Virus record (IMG/VR): IMGVR_UViG_3300013232_000195
Source: an uncultured virus (IMG/VR IMGVR_UViG_3300013232_000195)
Taxonomy: Duplodnaviria; Heunggongvirae; Uroviricota; Caudoviricetes
DNA: 64,000 bases
Direction: 5' to 3' (one strand)
Below are positions 29,048 to 38,012 of the stretch, one piece after another (positions within the stretch are counted from its first letter, which is position 1; each line of letters opens with the position of its first letter). The translations under genes were made by a program, and so were the position numbers. Below the pieces are notes generated by a model, which did no database searches, was not told the origin of the DNA, and was given only the letters and a program-made list of their open reading frames with translations.

Positions 29048-29803
29048 ATGAACATCCTCGTCACCAGCGGCGGAACAAGAGTCCCCATCGACCGCGTCCG
29101 TCACATCGGCAACATGTCCAACGGGACCTTCGCCTCCCGCATCGCCATCCAACTACTGCGTAACGCCAGATGGCTCAACCGCTTGGATGACCTCAAGCTC
29201 ACCTTCTTCCACGCCCGACACTCCAAAACCCCATTCACCATCCCCGTCAACGTCCTGACATCCAACTTCAACGAACAACGACTGGCCCTGAGCGCGTTGC
29301 ATGACGAGGTCGAACACTACTCCAGAGCCTACGAGGAACAGACCTACGGCAACTTCAACGAGTACGCCCAAGGCCTCCGCCTCGCCGCCCCACGCTACAA
29401 CGTCATCATCCTCGCCGCAGCCGTCTCCGACTACCTCCCCAAGATCTACGTGGATGCCAAAATCCGCTCCAAGAACGCCCTCAACATCGAACTCGAACCA
29501 GCCCCAAAGCTCATCAGCGAAATCAGAAGCCTCAACCCCTCTTGCTCCATCGTCGGCTTCAAGCTGCTCGTGGACAGCAACGACTCCGAACTCATCGCCG
29601 CCGCCCAGGAATCAGCCATCAAGAACGACTGCGCCTTCGTCGTCGCCAATGACCTCCGCGACATCCAACGCGGGAAACATCGCGTCATGCTGGTCAACAA
29701 GAAGGGCCTCGTCCAGATGAGGGAAGAAAGCCAAGACGACCCCAACGAACTCGCCGACTTCGTCGCCAAAGCCGTATGGGCAGACCCAAGGAGCCCAGCA
29801 TGA
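29048..29803 (+). CDS. coaB: phosphopantothenate--cysteine ligase
   Basis: ILVTSGGT..PID.VR.I.N.S.G, AAAVSDY, VGFKL, VVANDL. Confidence 0.9.
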   Translation: MNILVTSGGTRVPIDRVRHIGNMSNGTFASRIAIQLLRNARWLNRLDDLKLTFFHARHSKTPFTIPVNVLTSNFNEQRLALSALHDEVEHYSRAYEEQTYGNFNEYAQGLRLAAPRYNVIILAAAVSDYLPKIYVDAKIRSKNALNIELEPAPKLISEIRSLNPSCSIVGFKLLVDSNDSELIAAAQESAIKNDCAFVVANDLRDIQRGKHRVMLVNKKGLVQMREESQDDPNELADFVAKAVWADPRSPA

Positions 29804-30972
29804 ACATCCTCCTAGGCCTCACGGGCAGCGTGGCATCCTCCCTCGCCCCAAAACTCGTCACCCAACTACATACCAACCTCGTCGTCATCCCGACCGAGAA
29901 GGCCAAACACTTCTACGACCCAGAGGAACTGAAAGCCATCGAACTCGCCTCAAATGGACGCATATCCATCTTCGACGACGAGTCCGAATGGCATCTGTGG
30001 AAGCATAAGGGCGACCCCGTCAAACACATCGACTTGCGCAAGTGGGCGCACGTATTCGTCATCGCCCCCTTGACCGCCAATACCCTGGCCAAAATCGCCA
30101 ATGGCCTCTGCGATAACCTGCTGACATCAATCGCCAGAGCTTGGGACTACTCCAAACCCCTCGTCCTCGCCCCAGCCATGAACACCTACATGTGGGAACA
30201 TCCCATCACCCAAAAACACCTGAATGCCGTATCTTCCTTCGGCAGAGCCATCACTTGCCAAGACGGATCGGTCTCCAAGCCCGTCCTCGTCGTCGATCCA
30301 GCCACCAAGATCCTCGCTTGCGGCGACAAGGGCAAGGGAGCCATGGCCGACATCAACGACATCATCAGCGCGGTTGAGACAGCCACCCAATGGATCTGGC
30401 CCCTTGCCGCCTTCCATCACTGCAATGGCCTACCCGTAGGCGAACACCCGGGAGCCTTCGGCTTCCAGCGTAAGCATGACATCCATACGGGCGTCGATCT
30501 ATACTGCACGGAAGGTAGCCAGGTCTGGGCCATGGAAAGCGGAACCGTCGTCAAGATCATCCCCTTCACTGGCAGCAAGGTCATCATCAACGGGACGCCT
30601 TCAACGTGGTGGAACGATACCAGCGCCATCCTCGTGGAAGGCCCCTCTGGCATCATCTGCTACGGAGAAGTCGCCCCTCGCAATGACCTCAAGGAAGGGG
30701 ATCACGTTTCCAAGGGCAAACACATCGCCACCGTCGTACCCGTCATCCCGGAAGGCAAGGATCGCCCAGACATCCCTGGTCATTCCAGAAGCATGCTACA
30801 CATCGAACTCTACTCCAGCTTGCTCTCCGATACCTCAAGAGCCGTCTGGGAAGGATGGGACCTAGGTTCACCCAAGCCAGATAAGCTTCTGGATCCAACC
30901 CCAAGGCTGAGGAGGGCCAAGCCCTTCTCCATCCCAGTACTGACGGGCGAGCCCGTCTTACCGCTATCCTAA
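29800..30972 (+). CDS. coaC: phosphopantothenoylcysteine decarboxylase (HAL3/CoaC flavoprotein) fused to M23 peptidase-like domain
   Basis: TGSVA, HIDL..WA, APLTANTLAK, PAMN, LACGD.G.G; C-terminal HTGVDL...MLHIEL. Confidence 0.85.
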   Translation: MNILLGLTGSVASSLAPKLVTQLHTNLVVIPTEKAKHFYDPEELKAIELASNGRISIFDDESEWHLWKHKGDPVKHIDLRKWAHVFVIAPLTANTLAKIANGLCDNLLTSIARAWDYSKPLVLAPAMNTYMWEHPITQKHLNAVSSFGRAITCQDGSVSKPVLVVDPATKILACGDKGKGAMADINDIISAVETATQWIWPLAAFHHCNGLPVGEHPGAFGFQRKHDIHTGVDLYCTEGSQVWAMESGTVVKIIPFTGSKVIINGTPSTWWNDTSAILVEGPSGIICYGEVAPRNDLKEGDHVSKGKHIATVVPVIPEGKDRPDIPGHSRSMLHIELYSSLLSDTSRAVWEGWDLGSPKPDKLLDPTPRLRRAKPFSIPVLTGEPVLPLS

Positions 30973-31038
30973 CATCCTAGATGTTAGGATGCGGGTTCGG
31001 CGTTATCTCCAGTCGGCGTTTACATTTGCACGAATGAA

Positions 31039-32115
31039 CTAATCTGTCGAGGTCACGTTTTTAGGCTTCCTAGCTGTCGCAATAATCCCGTAAAAACGTG
31101 ACACAATGGTATCGTGTCCCTTCTGAACACCTTTGGCAAGCTTCAGCGCCTCATCCATCGTCTGGGCAGCATTGATCTTCCCAACCTCTGCACCCAGACT
31201 CTTCACCTCGTCAATCAAAGACTCGAGATCCTTTGCCAGTTCCGAGTTTGGTACCCCGTGATGTCTAGCGTGACAGTCTTCACAGAGAGTCACCGTGTCC
31301 AATACATCCTCTTTACCTTTGCGGACATACGTGGAATGATGAACGGACAACTTTCCCCTCTTTGTATTACATAGCCTGCATCTATGTCCGTCACGCTCCT
31401 TCGTTGCCGTTTTAACCGCCTCCCAGTGCTTTGTGAGGAGGTAAGCAAAATACGGCAGGTTCTTCAGCTCTCCTTCGGTAAAGTCTCTTTCACAGAGAGG
31501 CATTTCCTCAACTACAACATTAGAAACCGTCCTATCCCCATCACCATGCCACCCGTACTTTCCTTCTGGATCATGATCCCGTTTCCATAAAGCCCGCTCT
31601 TCGTCCCTTGTCTCCACTATCTCTCCGAATTTCTTCTTGATCATGCCACCGCTTAATAAGTAGTCCCTAACCTCCCTCGTCAAAGAATCTGACATAAGCC
31701 TTTTACAGTGTATGCAGTGAAGTCGATACGTAGTATGTTTGACGCTTATCACTAAAAGATGCTCAGCATAGACCTCTTCTGGATCATCTAAATTACTGCA
31801 CTCACATTCTGGTTTTGAATACTTCGTCATGGTGATCAGCTTTGTCCCAAAATCAACACGAACAGGCTTGCCAGCCATTGCAACTACAATCCCCCCATTC
31901 TTCATGAAGGAGACAACTTGGCTTAATGTCCAAGCCTTACTCTTCTCCTCTTCCTCGTCCAAATATTCCTGCCACCTCATTTCCTCTTCCCATTCTTCTT
32001 GTTCCTCGAGAGCCCTTTGGGACTCTATCTCCAGAGCCGCACAGCGCTCCTCTTCTTCAACATTGACTTCTGGTAGCTCCAACTCTTCCCATTTCATGAT
32101 CTTCATCGTACTCAT
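31039..32115 (-). CDS. HNH endonuclease domain protein
   Basis: W.....KERDGHRCRLC...VHH..Y...LCEDCHARHH; lower GC and opposite strand to neighbours; start uncertain. Confidence 0.8.
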   Translation of the reverse strand: MSTMKIMKWEELELPEVNVEEEERCAALEIESQRALEEQEEWEEEMRWQEYLDEEEEKSKAWTLSQVVSFMKNGGIVVAMAGKPVRVDFGTKLITMTKYSKPECECSNLDDPEEVYAEHLLVISVKHTTYRLHCIHCKRLMSDSLTREVRDYLLSGGMIKKKFGEIVETRDEERALWKRDHDPEGKYGWHGDGDRTVSNVVVEEMPLCERDFTEGELKNLPYFAYLLTKHWEAVKTATKERDGHRCRLCNTKRGKLSVHHSTYVRKGKEDVLDTVTLCEDCHARHHGVPNSELAKDLESLIDEVKSLGAEVGKINAAQTMDEALKLAKGVQKGHDTIVSRFYGIIATARKPKNVTSTD

Positions 32116-32679
32116 CCTTTCTTCGTTATCTTGCACCAATAATAATATACAGCAATCTAAAAACAAGATAGGTAAAATTTATCATAACTACTTTTTTTGT
32201 AATACGTTACTACGGTATTACCTTCTCTCCTTCCCTCCTTCTCTCTGTAGTGTTCTGCCAGGTCAGTCGGCGTTTGGACTTCCATGCCATTTGATGGAAC
32301 CCATTCGGCGTAAGCCCCAGTCGGCGTTAGTTCCCAATAGGGACATCTAGTGCTAATTCCCTCCCGCCCTGCCACGGACCCCAAAGGGGTTAGTCGGCGT
32401 TTAGACCCGAGTTGATCGCCCATCGGACGGCTTGCGCGTCATAACACGTTGTTTTAGAAATAACTTATGGCTGCGGCGTGTTGTGCCTATTTCTGCCCGT
32501 CCCAGTATGGCGTAAGCGCATGCAAGACGTTGGGTTATGGCCCAAGCCAATGCACGTGATTCCGATCTTCATAGGGGATTTCACTAGCTTACAGGTTTAT
32601 GCGCGTCCATGCGCGATCTTTGGTGCAAGTGAAGTCTAGACATGACCTTATAACGTACCACAGTTGCTTACAGGTTATT

Positions 32680-32707
32680 GTCCCACGCGGCACGTGCCGC
32701 GTGGGAC
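32680..32707. repeat. perfect 28-bp palindrome
   Basis: GTCCCACGCGGCAC|GTGCCGCGTGGGAC; right arm runs into a GGGACCCGATCGG repeat copy. Confidence 0.9.
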
Positions 32708-32969
32708 CCGATCGGCCCACGTTGGATGGCAGCCCAGGTCTGGATGGCACCGTGACGCATGATGCAAAATGCGACGTTGCATTCCGCAACAAACGGAATT
32801 AGTGACTGATTTCCGCATATAACGGAACGAAAATCGTTCGGAGCGTCTAATGTATGGACTCGGAATGTGAAGGGGCATCAGATTGAATCCTAGCCACGTA
32901 GGACCACGATCTTGCTCGAAAGGTGTCCCAGGTCGGTTTTACTGAGAAAGCTCGTTATAGGCAAAAAGA

Positions 32970-32999
32970 ACGGGCCGAGGACTGGCATCCTCGGCCCGT
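32970..32999 (-). terminator. rho-independent terminator-like hairpin
   Basis: ACGGGCCGAGGA/TCCTCGGCCCGT stem preceded on + strand by AAAAAGA (U-tract on -). Confidence 0.55.
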
Positions 33000-33275
33000 G
33001 TTCACGTTACTGGGGATCCAAATGGCAGGCCCAAGGTTGGGGTTTTGGATCCCCCCCACGACGTTCTTCAAGATGTCAAGCAACTGATGAGCCAACATTC
33101 TAACCAAAGAAGACCCTAAGTCAAGTGCCACTTTGGAACGTTTTGAGGCAATCAGGTTATTCCCAAGAACTTCTGGGCGGCCATACAAACTGGTATGGCA
33201 GCCCAGGCCCATGCCGATGGCAGCCCGAAACTGGATGGCACCCTGGCAACCTTCCTGGCCGCGTGCATTCGCCTC

Positions 33276-33304
33276 TTGACAAAGGGTGATTTTGACCGTA
33301 GAGT
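33276..33304 (+). promoter_or_regulatory. sigma70-like promoter followed by hairpin and + strand repeat copy
   Basis: TTGACA-17bp-TAGAGT; hairpin 33301-33323; CCGATCGGGTCCCAGAC at 33336-33352. Confidence 0.7.
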
Positions 33305-33414
33305 GATGACGTAGTCGTCACTCACGCAGACGGGGCCGATCGGGTCCCAGACGACTTGAGAACGGGGAAAGATCCCCAACCTTTTTAGAGCCCTCTGGGC
33401 AAGGAGACTTACCG

Positions 33415-34113
33415 ATGGCGACGAAGACGAAGACCGCGAAGGCCGACGAAACCCAGGCGACGGACATTCTGGGCATGCTGGGTGACGTGAAGGTGGCCGA
33501 GAAGGGCAAGAAGGAGTCTTCGACTCCGAAGGTCGTGGTGGACAAGGGCAACGTGGCGGTCTGCGAGGCTCTGATCAAGTTCAACCAGGCCAAGAAGGAA
33601 GTGAAGGACGCAGAGCAGCGTCGGGACGCGGCTGGTGAGGCGATCGATCCGCTGGCTCGTTCGACGCAGCAGGACAAGAGCCGTCTGGACAAGGCGGTAC
33701 ACAAGTCGATCCATCTGTATGAAGAGAAGACGATGGCTGGGGTGACGTACGTCCTCGGTCGGTTCTCGGAAGGCGAAGAGGCCAAGGGGGCCAAGTTGGG
33801 CGCGGCCCGGGCCGAGTTGAAGTCGATCTTTGGAACGGACTTCGACAAGTATTTCGCGGTGGCCGTGGCGCTGTCCATCAAGGAAGATGCGTGTACGGCT
33901 GAGACCATCAAGCTGCTCCAGGAGAAGCTTGGGGTCGAGTTGTTCAACCGTCTGTTCGTCGCCGCTCCTTGCCTCAAGATTCACTCGTTGAGCAACGAGG
34001 ACAAGCTCCAGAAGCTGATGGCCGACTACGTGATGGACGACGGCGTCCAGCAGAAGGTGGCCCAGGCGGCTGGCAAGAAGCTGCTCAAGCGCGGCTACGA
34101 CTCCCTCAAGTAA
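33415..34113 (+). CDS. hypothetical protein
   Basis: AAGGAG RBS; strongly biased codon usage. Confidence 0.75.
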   Translation: MATKTKTAKADETQATDILGMLGDVKVAEKGKKESSTPKVVVDKGNVAVCEALIKFNQAKKEVKDAEQRRDAAGEAIDPLARSTQQDKSRLDKAVHKSIHLYEEKTMAGVTYVLGRFSEGEEAKGAKLGAARAELKSIFGTDFDKYFAVAVALSIKEDACTAETIKLLQEKLGVELFNRLFVAAPCLKIHSLSNEDKLQKLMADYVMDDGVQQKVAQAAGKKLLKRGYDSLK

Positions 34114-34132
34114 CCCATAACAGTTCTGGTAC

Positions 34133-34164
34133 AGCCCCGCATTCCCGATCGGGAATGCGGGGCT
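34133..34164. repeat. perfect 32-bp palindrome / hairpin
   Basis: AGCCCCGCATTCCCGA|TCGGGAATGCGGGGCT. Confidence 0.85.
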
Positions 34165-34218
34165 ACGGACGCGGATCGGCGCGGTTCTGGCGCGGATGTG
34201 ACGCGGATCGGAGAAGTC

Positions 34219-34602
34219 ATGGAGATTACTGAGGTTCAGATGACGGCGACGGTCTACGTCGAGATAACGAAGGAAGACCTGGACGTCATTTGGGCATGTG
34301 CCGAGAGCCACTACGACCTCAAGGTTCAGCAGATGACCAAGCAAGGTGGCTTGCTGTATGGGATTAAGAACCATTTCAGTTGGCCTGACGTCAAAGACGA
34401 CAAGGTCAACATTCACTTGAACTTCGACGATTTGGACACGATGGCGAAGGCGTTGGAGCAAGCGCGTCGGTTCCTTGAGCCAACCCTTGGGACGAAGGGC
34501 GTGTACCTGAACGCCAAGATCCACAAGATGCTTCGATTCATGAATAAGCAGTTCTCCTCAAGTCCAGTGAAACACAACATCGAATACGAGGTGACCAAGT
34601 GA
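34219..34602 (+). CDS. hypothetical protein
   Basis: GGAG RBS. Confidence 0.65.
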   Translation: MEITEVQMTATVYVEITKEDLDVIWACAESHYDLKVQQMTKQGGLLYGIKNHFSWPDVKDDKVNIHLNFDDLDTMAKALEQARRFLEPTLGTKGVYLNAKIHKMLRFMNKQFSSSPVKHNIEYEVTK

Positions 34603-35249
34603 AAGACCTCATGAAGCGATACGGTGACGACCCCGTCATGGTGTCCCCCGATCTTTGGCTTCCCCGGGTGAATCGGGAGGAGCGGAAGCTGTGGTGGGCG
34701 ACGAAGAAGTACGATGGGTGGCGTCGGTTCATCTACTGGACGGGCATCCTCACGCTGCTCTCGAAGAGTCGTGGGGCTGGAGAAGAGGCCCGTAAGGCGT
34801 TGCCCGATCCACTGATGGACCAGTTGAAGGCGCTCTGCGCGGTGTTCCCCGAAGGGACGGCGTTGGATGCGGAGTGGTTGGGACCACGAGGCGGGTTCGA
34901 GCATGAGTTGGTGATCCATGATATTCTGTATTCGGCTGGCGAGTGGGTTGGGCATTTGGGATATGAGCGTCGGCATCCGTTGACGGCGAAGTTGTTGGAG
35001 GCGGCGAACGCGAAGGTGATCGCGCCTCGGATACGGTTGGTGGAGGCGTACTATGACGTTGACTTGGAGGAGTTGTTCGAGCAGCAGCGGCATGATCCGA
35101 AGTCTGAGGGGTTGGTGATGAAGCGGGTTGGCATTCCGCTGATTCAGACTGACGTGTTCAAGATTTCGGACAAGGTTCGGGACAATCCGAACTACGTGAA
35201 GATCAAGTATCGGGACGTGTCGGCTGCGGACATGGCCAGGAAGAAATAG
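34599..35249 (+). CDS. ATP-dependent ligase-like nucleotidyltransferase (adenylation domain only)
   Basis: KYDGWR (I), LDAEW (III), HDIL (IIIa), EGLVMK (IV), KIK (V). Confidence 0.8.
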   Translation: MKDLMKRYGDDPVMVSPDLWLPRVNREERKLWWATKKYDGWRRFIYWTGILTLLSKSRGAGEEARKALPDPLMDQLKALCAVFPEGTALDAEWLGPRGGFEHELVIHDILYSAGEWVGHLGYERRHPLTAKLLEAANAKVIAPRIRLVEAYYDVDLEELFEQQRHDPKSEGLVMKRVGIPLIQTDVFKISDKVRDNPNYVKIKYRDVSAADMARKK

Positions 35250-35472
35250 CAGTCGGCGTTAGCTGGATCGGCGTAAGTCTTTGGTGCCGTTTGGTTTGAA
35301 TGTGATTTTTTATTTGTTGCTTTGGGAATCTATCGGGGGTAAAAGGGGCATACTCGGGGAGCGAAAGCCTTGGCAGGCCCAATTTCCGAGAAAAATTAAA
35401 GAGACGGCGGGGAATGGACGATACCCGTGATGGGGCGCATGAGGCGCTCCGTCAACCAATGGGGGTGAGCTC

Positions 35473-36015
35473 ATGCTCTACGACGTCACGATTCGTGCTG
35501 CACAAGATTTAGCCGTGGTGGACTGGGCTGGGGCCATGCGTTGTAGTGGGAGTCTTCTTGAGGTACCCGCGAAGGACGAGGATCGCTGTCGCGCTCGAGT
35601 GAGGTTTGTAACGGAGAAGACGTTCAAGTTTCCATTGGAGCCGCTGGTGGTGATTCCGAAGCCAGAGAAGAAGTTTGTGTTTCGGCGGGAGTTACCGCTG
35701 AGCTACAACTACATGGTGTCTGCCTGGTTGGTGAGTCATGAGAACAACAGTGACGAGGCGCGGGCCATTATCTGGGACGCGATGGATGGTGGCAAGGTTC
35801 GTGTGGCGTCAGTGAAGGGGCCTGGTGGCTTCTGTGAGGTGGAGGTTGGAGTGACTGCCGTGTCGCCATGCCATGCGGAGGGGCTGGTACGGGATCGGCT
35901 CACGCAAGCTTGTCTGGAGCATGGGCTCGAGTTTGTCCCGTTCACGACGGACGAGGATGGCGTGTGGGTTGAGCGGCGTTTAGCACATTCCGGTTATTCT
36001 GGTTATTCTGGTTGA
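35473..36015 (+). CDS. hypothetical protein
   Basis: GGGGTG RBS. Confidence 0.6.
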   Translation: MLYDVTIRAAQDLAVVDWAGAMRCSGSLLEVPAKDEDRCRARVRFVTEKTFKFPLEPLVVIPKPEKKFVFRRELPLSYNYMVSAWLVSHENNSDEARAIIWDAMDGGKVRVASVKGPGGFCEVEVGVTAVSPCHAEGLVRDRLTQACLEHGLEFVPFTTDEDGVWVERRLAHSGYSGYSG

Positions 36016-36276
36016 CATTGCACCGAAATGGGGATAGATTACTAACTGCGTCGTACCTGTGTCGTAGGAGCCTCGGATGGACAAAAAGAACCCCACTAAC
36101 CCCACCATCCGAGGCTCCATGTTCTTCGCTCCTACCGACCCGTCGTGGTTGCAGGCTGACGTGGCCCGTACTGGCAACGGCGCTACGCTGAGTCTGGGCG
36201 GGTAAAATCCTACGATGGCGTCCTCTGCCCCGTACGGGGCGTGAACCCCAGGCGTTAAGCCTGGGGTTCATTTTTT
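36012..36276 (+). ncRNA. candidate structured small RNA / riboregulated 42-aa ORF
   Basis: TTGACA-17-TAGATT promoter, several stems, terminator at 36242-36276. Confidence 0.4.
36242..36276 (+). terminator. rho-independent terminator at convergence point
   Basis: TGAACCCCAGGC-GTTAA-GCCTGGGGTTCA followed by TTTTTT. Confidence 0.85.
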
Positions 36277-36286
36277 GTTGGCGATC

Positions 36287-36697
36287 CTACTTGTTGAACC
36301 AGACGACGTGGGTAGTACCTTCTGGGACGTCATCGTATTCCGAGGGGTGGAGGATGACGTTTGGGTCCATGCAGAGTTTTCCCTCGACGATGCCGCTTTG
36401 GCATCCCGCTGGGCTACCGTGGCCGTCGTAGTCGATGAAGAAGCCACTGGCGCAGTGATCCTGGAACTCTTTGAGGGTCATGAGGTCGCCGTACTCTGGG
36501 ATCGGCGAGAAGAAGTTTCCCTTCAAGGTCTTGTTCGGGATGGCACGTCCGACCTCGATGACGGCTTGGACGAGGTCGTGGACGATGGTTTGGGTCATGT
36601 CGATGTCGCCTTGTTTCTCCAGCTTCAAGGTGAAGCAGAGAATTCGTGAGAAGTTCTTCTCCAGGCGCTCGTAGCGCTTCTTTTGGAAGTCGGTCAT
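36287..36697 (-). CDS. hypothetical protein
   Basis: Coupled ORF; FIDYDGHG and THVVWFNK motifs. Confidence 0.7.
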   Translation of the reverse strand: MTDFQKKRYERLEKNFSRILCFTLKLEKQGDIDMTQTIVHDLVQAVIEVGRAIPNKTLKGNFFSPIPEYGDLMTLKEFQDHCASGFFIDYDGHGSPAGCQSGIVEGKLCMDPNVILHPSEYDDVPEGTTHVVWFNK

Positions 36698-37023
36698 TTG
36701 ATGCTCCTGCGTTCTTGGCGGGCCTTCAGTTCGGCCTTGGCCTTCTTGACGTTGATCTTTCCCGTTTTGGCCGAGTAGATGGCGGGGTTGGCTCCCGCGA
36801 CGGTCCAGCCGAACATGGAACCGATGATCATGGCTTCCATCTGGGCCGGGGAGATATCATACTCCGCGTTCAACGCGATGGCCTTGGCCTTCCCGCCAAC
36901 CAAGTCGGTTTGGCGGTAGCCATGCTCACCACGGAAGATCTTGATGACCAGGCCGTCCTCGTCTTCGGCATTGTAGGCGAAACACCACTCGGGCAGTGAG
37001 TTCTTGGGGTTGGGTTTCTTCAT
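36694..37023 (-). CDS. hypothetical protein
   Basis: AAGGAG RBS after repeat; GSMFGW..GANP motif. Confidence 0.7.
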   Translation of the reverse strand: MKKPNPKNSLPEWCFAYNAEDEDGLVIKIFRGEHGYRQTDLVGGKAKAIALNAEYDISPAQMEAMIIGSMFGWTVAGANPAIYSAKTGKINVKKAKAELKARQERRSIK

Positions 37024-37061
37024 TCACTTCTCCTTTACTCTGGGACTGGGACCCGAATGGC

Positions 37062-37250
37062 CTAGGCTTCTTGCACGTCGATGATCTTCAAGATGCCATC
37101 GCCTCCGCTGTTACCCATGTCGTTATCGCTGGCGCGGATCGTGGCGTCCACTTCGTCCCTGGCCTCGACGGTGAGCCATCGCAGCTCACCGTCATCGGCG
37201 ACGTAGCGGATCCGATAGGGCCTCAGCTTGTCAGTCTCCGAGGAGCTCAT
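37062..37250 (-). CDS. small hypothetical protein
   Basis: TAG stop abuts repeat. Confidence 0.6.
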   Translation of the reverse strand: MSSSETDKLRPYRIRYVADDGELRWLTVEARDEVDATIRASDNDMGNSGGDGILKIIDVQEA

Positions 37251-37620
37251 CGTTCTCTGCCTTCCAGCTAGGATCGGAGATGTTCTTTCCGACCTTCTCC
37301 AGTTCGACCACGAGGACGGTGATCTCCCGTGGCGTGACCCAGAGGAACAAGACTGAGACGGTTCCGTCCTTGCCGATGGCCTTTAGCTTCACGACCTTGG
37401 AGTAAGCTCCGCCGTTTCCGAGGGTTTTAGGCCCGTCGAAGACACGGAAGTTAGCTCCTTGCTCCAGGGCTCGCGTGAGTTGATCCACGGAGGCGAAGTG
37501 AGTGAACATGAGGCCCGCGAGGTATGGCCCAGCGAATTCGGCGACCCTCTGGCTGGCGACGTCATCGGACTCTGGGGGAACCATGTAGCGGGCAGTGGGG
37601 ATCAGGTTGTCTCTAATCAT
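37231..37620 (-). CDS. hypothetical protein
   Basis: GAGGTG RBS. Confidence 0.6.
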   Translation of the reverse strand: MIRDNLIPTARYMVPPESDDVASQRVAEFAGPYLAGLMFTHFASVDQLTRALEQGANFRVFDGPKTLGNGGAYSKVVKLKAIGKDGTVSVLFLWVTPREITVLVVELEKVGKNISDPSWKAENDELLGD

Positions 37621-37984
37621 TGGCCACCTCTTCATCGTTGACCTCTCCGGCAAAGGAGAAGGACCCATTCGTTCCCCTGTTGTAAGCGGCGTTTTTGCCG
37701 TTTTCTAGGGGGAAGAGCAAGGATTCGTTTGTTTCGTGGGCGAAGGTTCTGGTTCCGTCCATGGGGCCGCCTTGGAGGACCACGATGTTACCATCGGAGT
37801 AGACCTCCTTGAATACGTAGCGTTCGCCGTTGGCTCGTACGTATACGTGATGCTTGCCCGTCGGCATTTTACTCTCGCCTTCACCGACGACCTCGTTGAT
37901 GACGATTTCGGAGTCTTCTTCGTCGGCGGTTGCGGAGGCTCCATCGAGTCTGCCACCGATGAGAATTACGCGTTTCGAGTTCAT
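37613..37984 (-). CDS. hypothetical protein with internal duplication (GGxxDG x2)
   Basis: LIGGRLDG / LQGGPMDG; AAGGAG RBS. Confidence 0.65.
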   Translation of the reverse strand: MNSKRVILIGGRLDGASATADEEDSEIVINEVVGEGESKMPTGKHHVYVRANGERYVFKEVYSDGNIVVLQGGPMDGTRTFAHETNESLLFPLENGKNAAYNRGTNGSFSFAGEVNDEEVAND

Positions 37985-38012
37985 GGTGTGATCTCCTTGA
38001 TGTTTCTATAGC

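Noticed and set aside
32420..33400. Short ORFs in the hub region
   Set aside because: No RBS, atypical composition, overlap palindromes; treated as non-coding.
33409..34524. Long antisense ORFs (e.g. 33409-34524, 25727-26722, 41988-42884, 13846-14622)
   Set aside because: Shadow frames of codon-biased genes on the opposite strand; no RBS or motifs.
35988..36013. Tandem GGTTATTCT units (SGYSGYSG)
   Set aside because: Short low-complexity gene tail with no further support.
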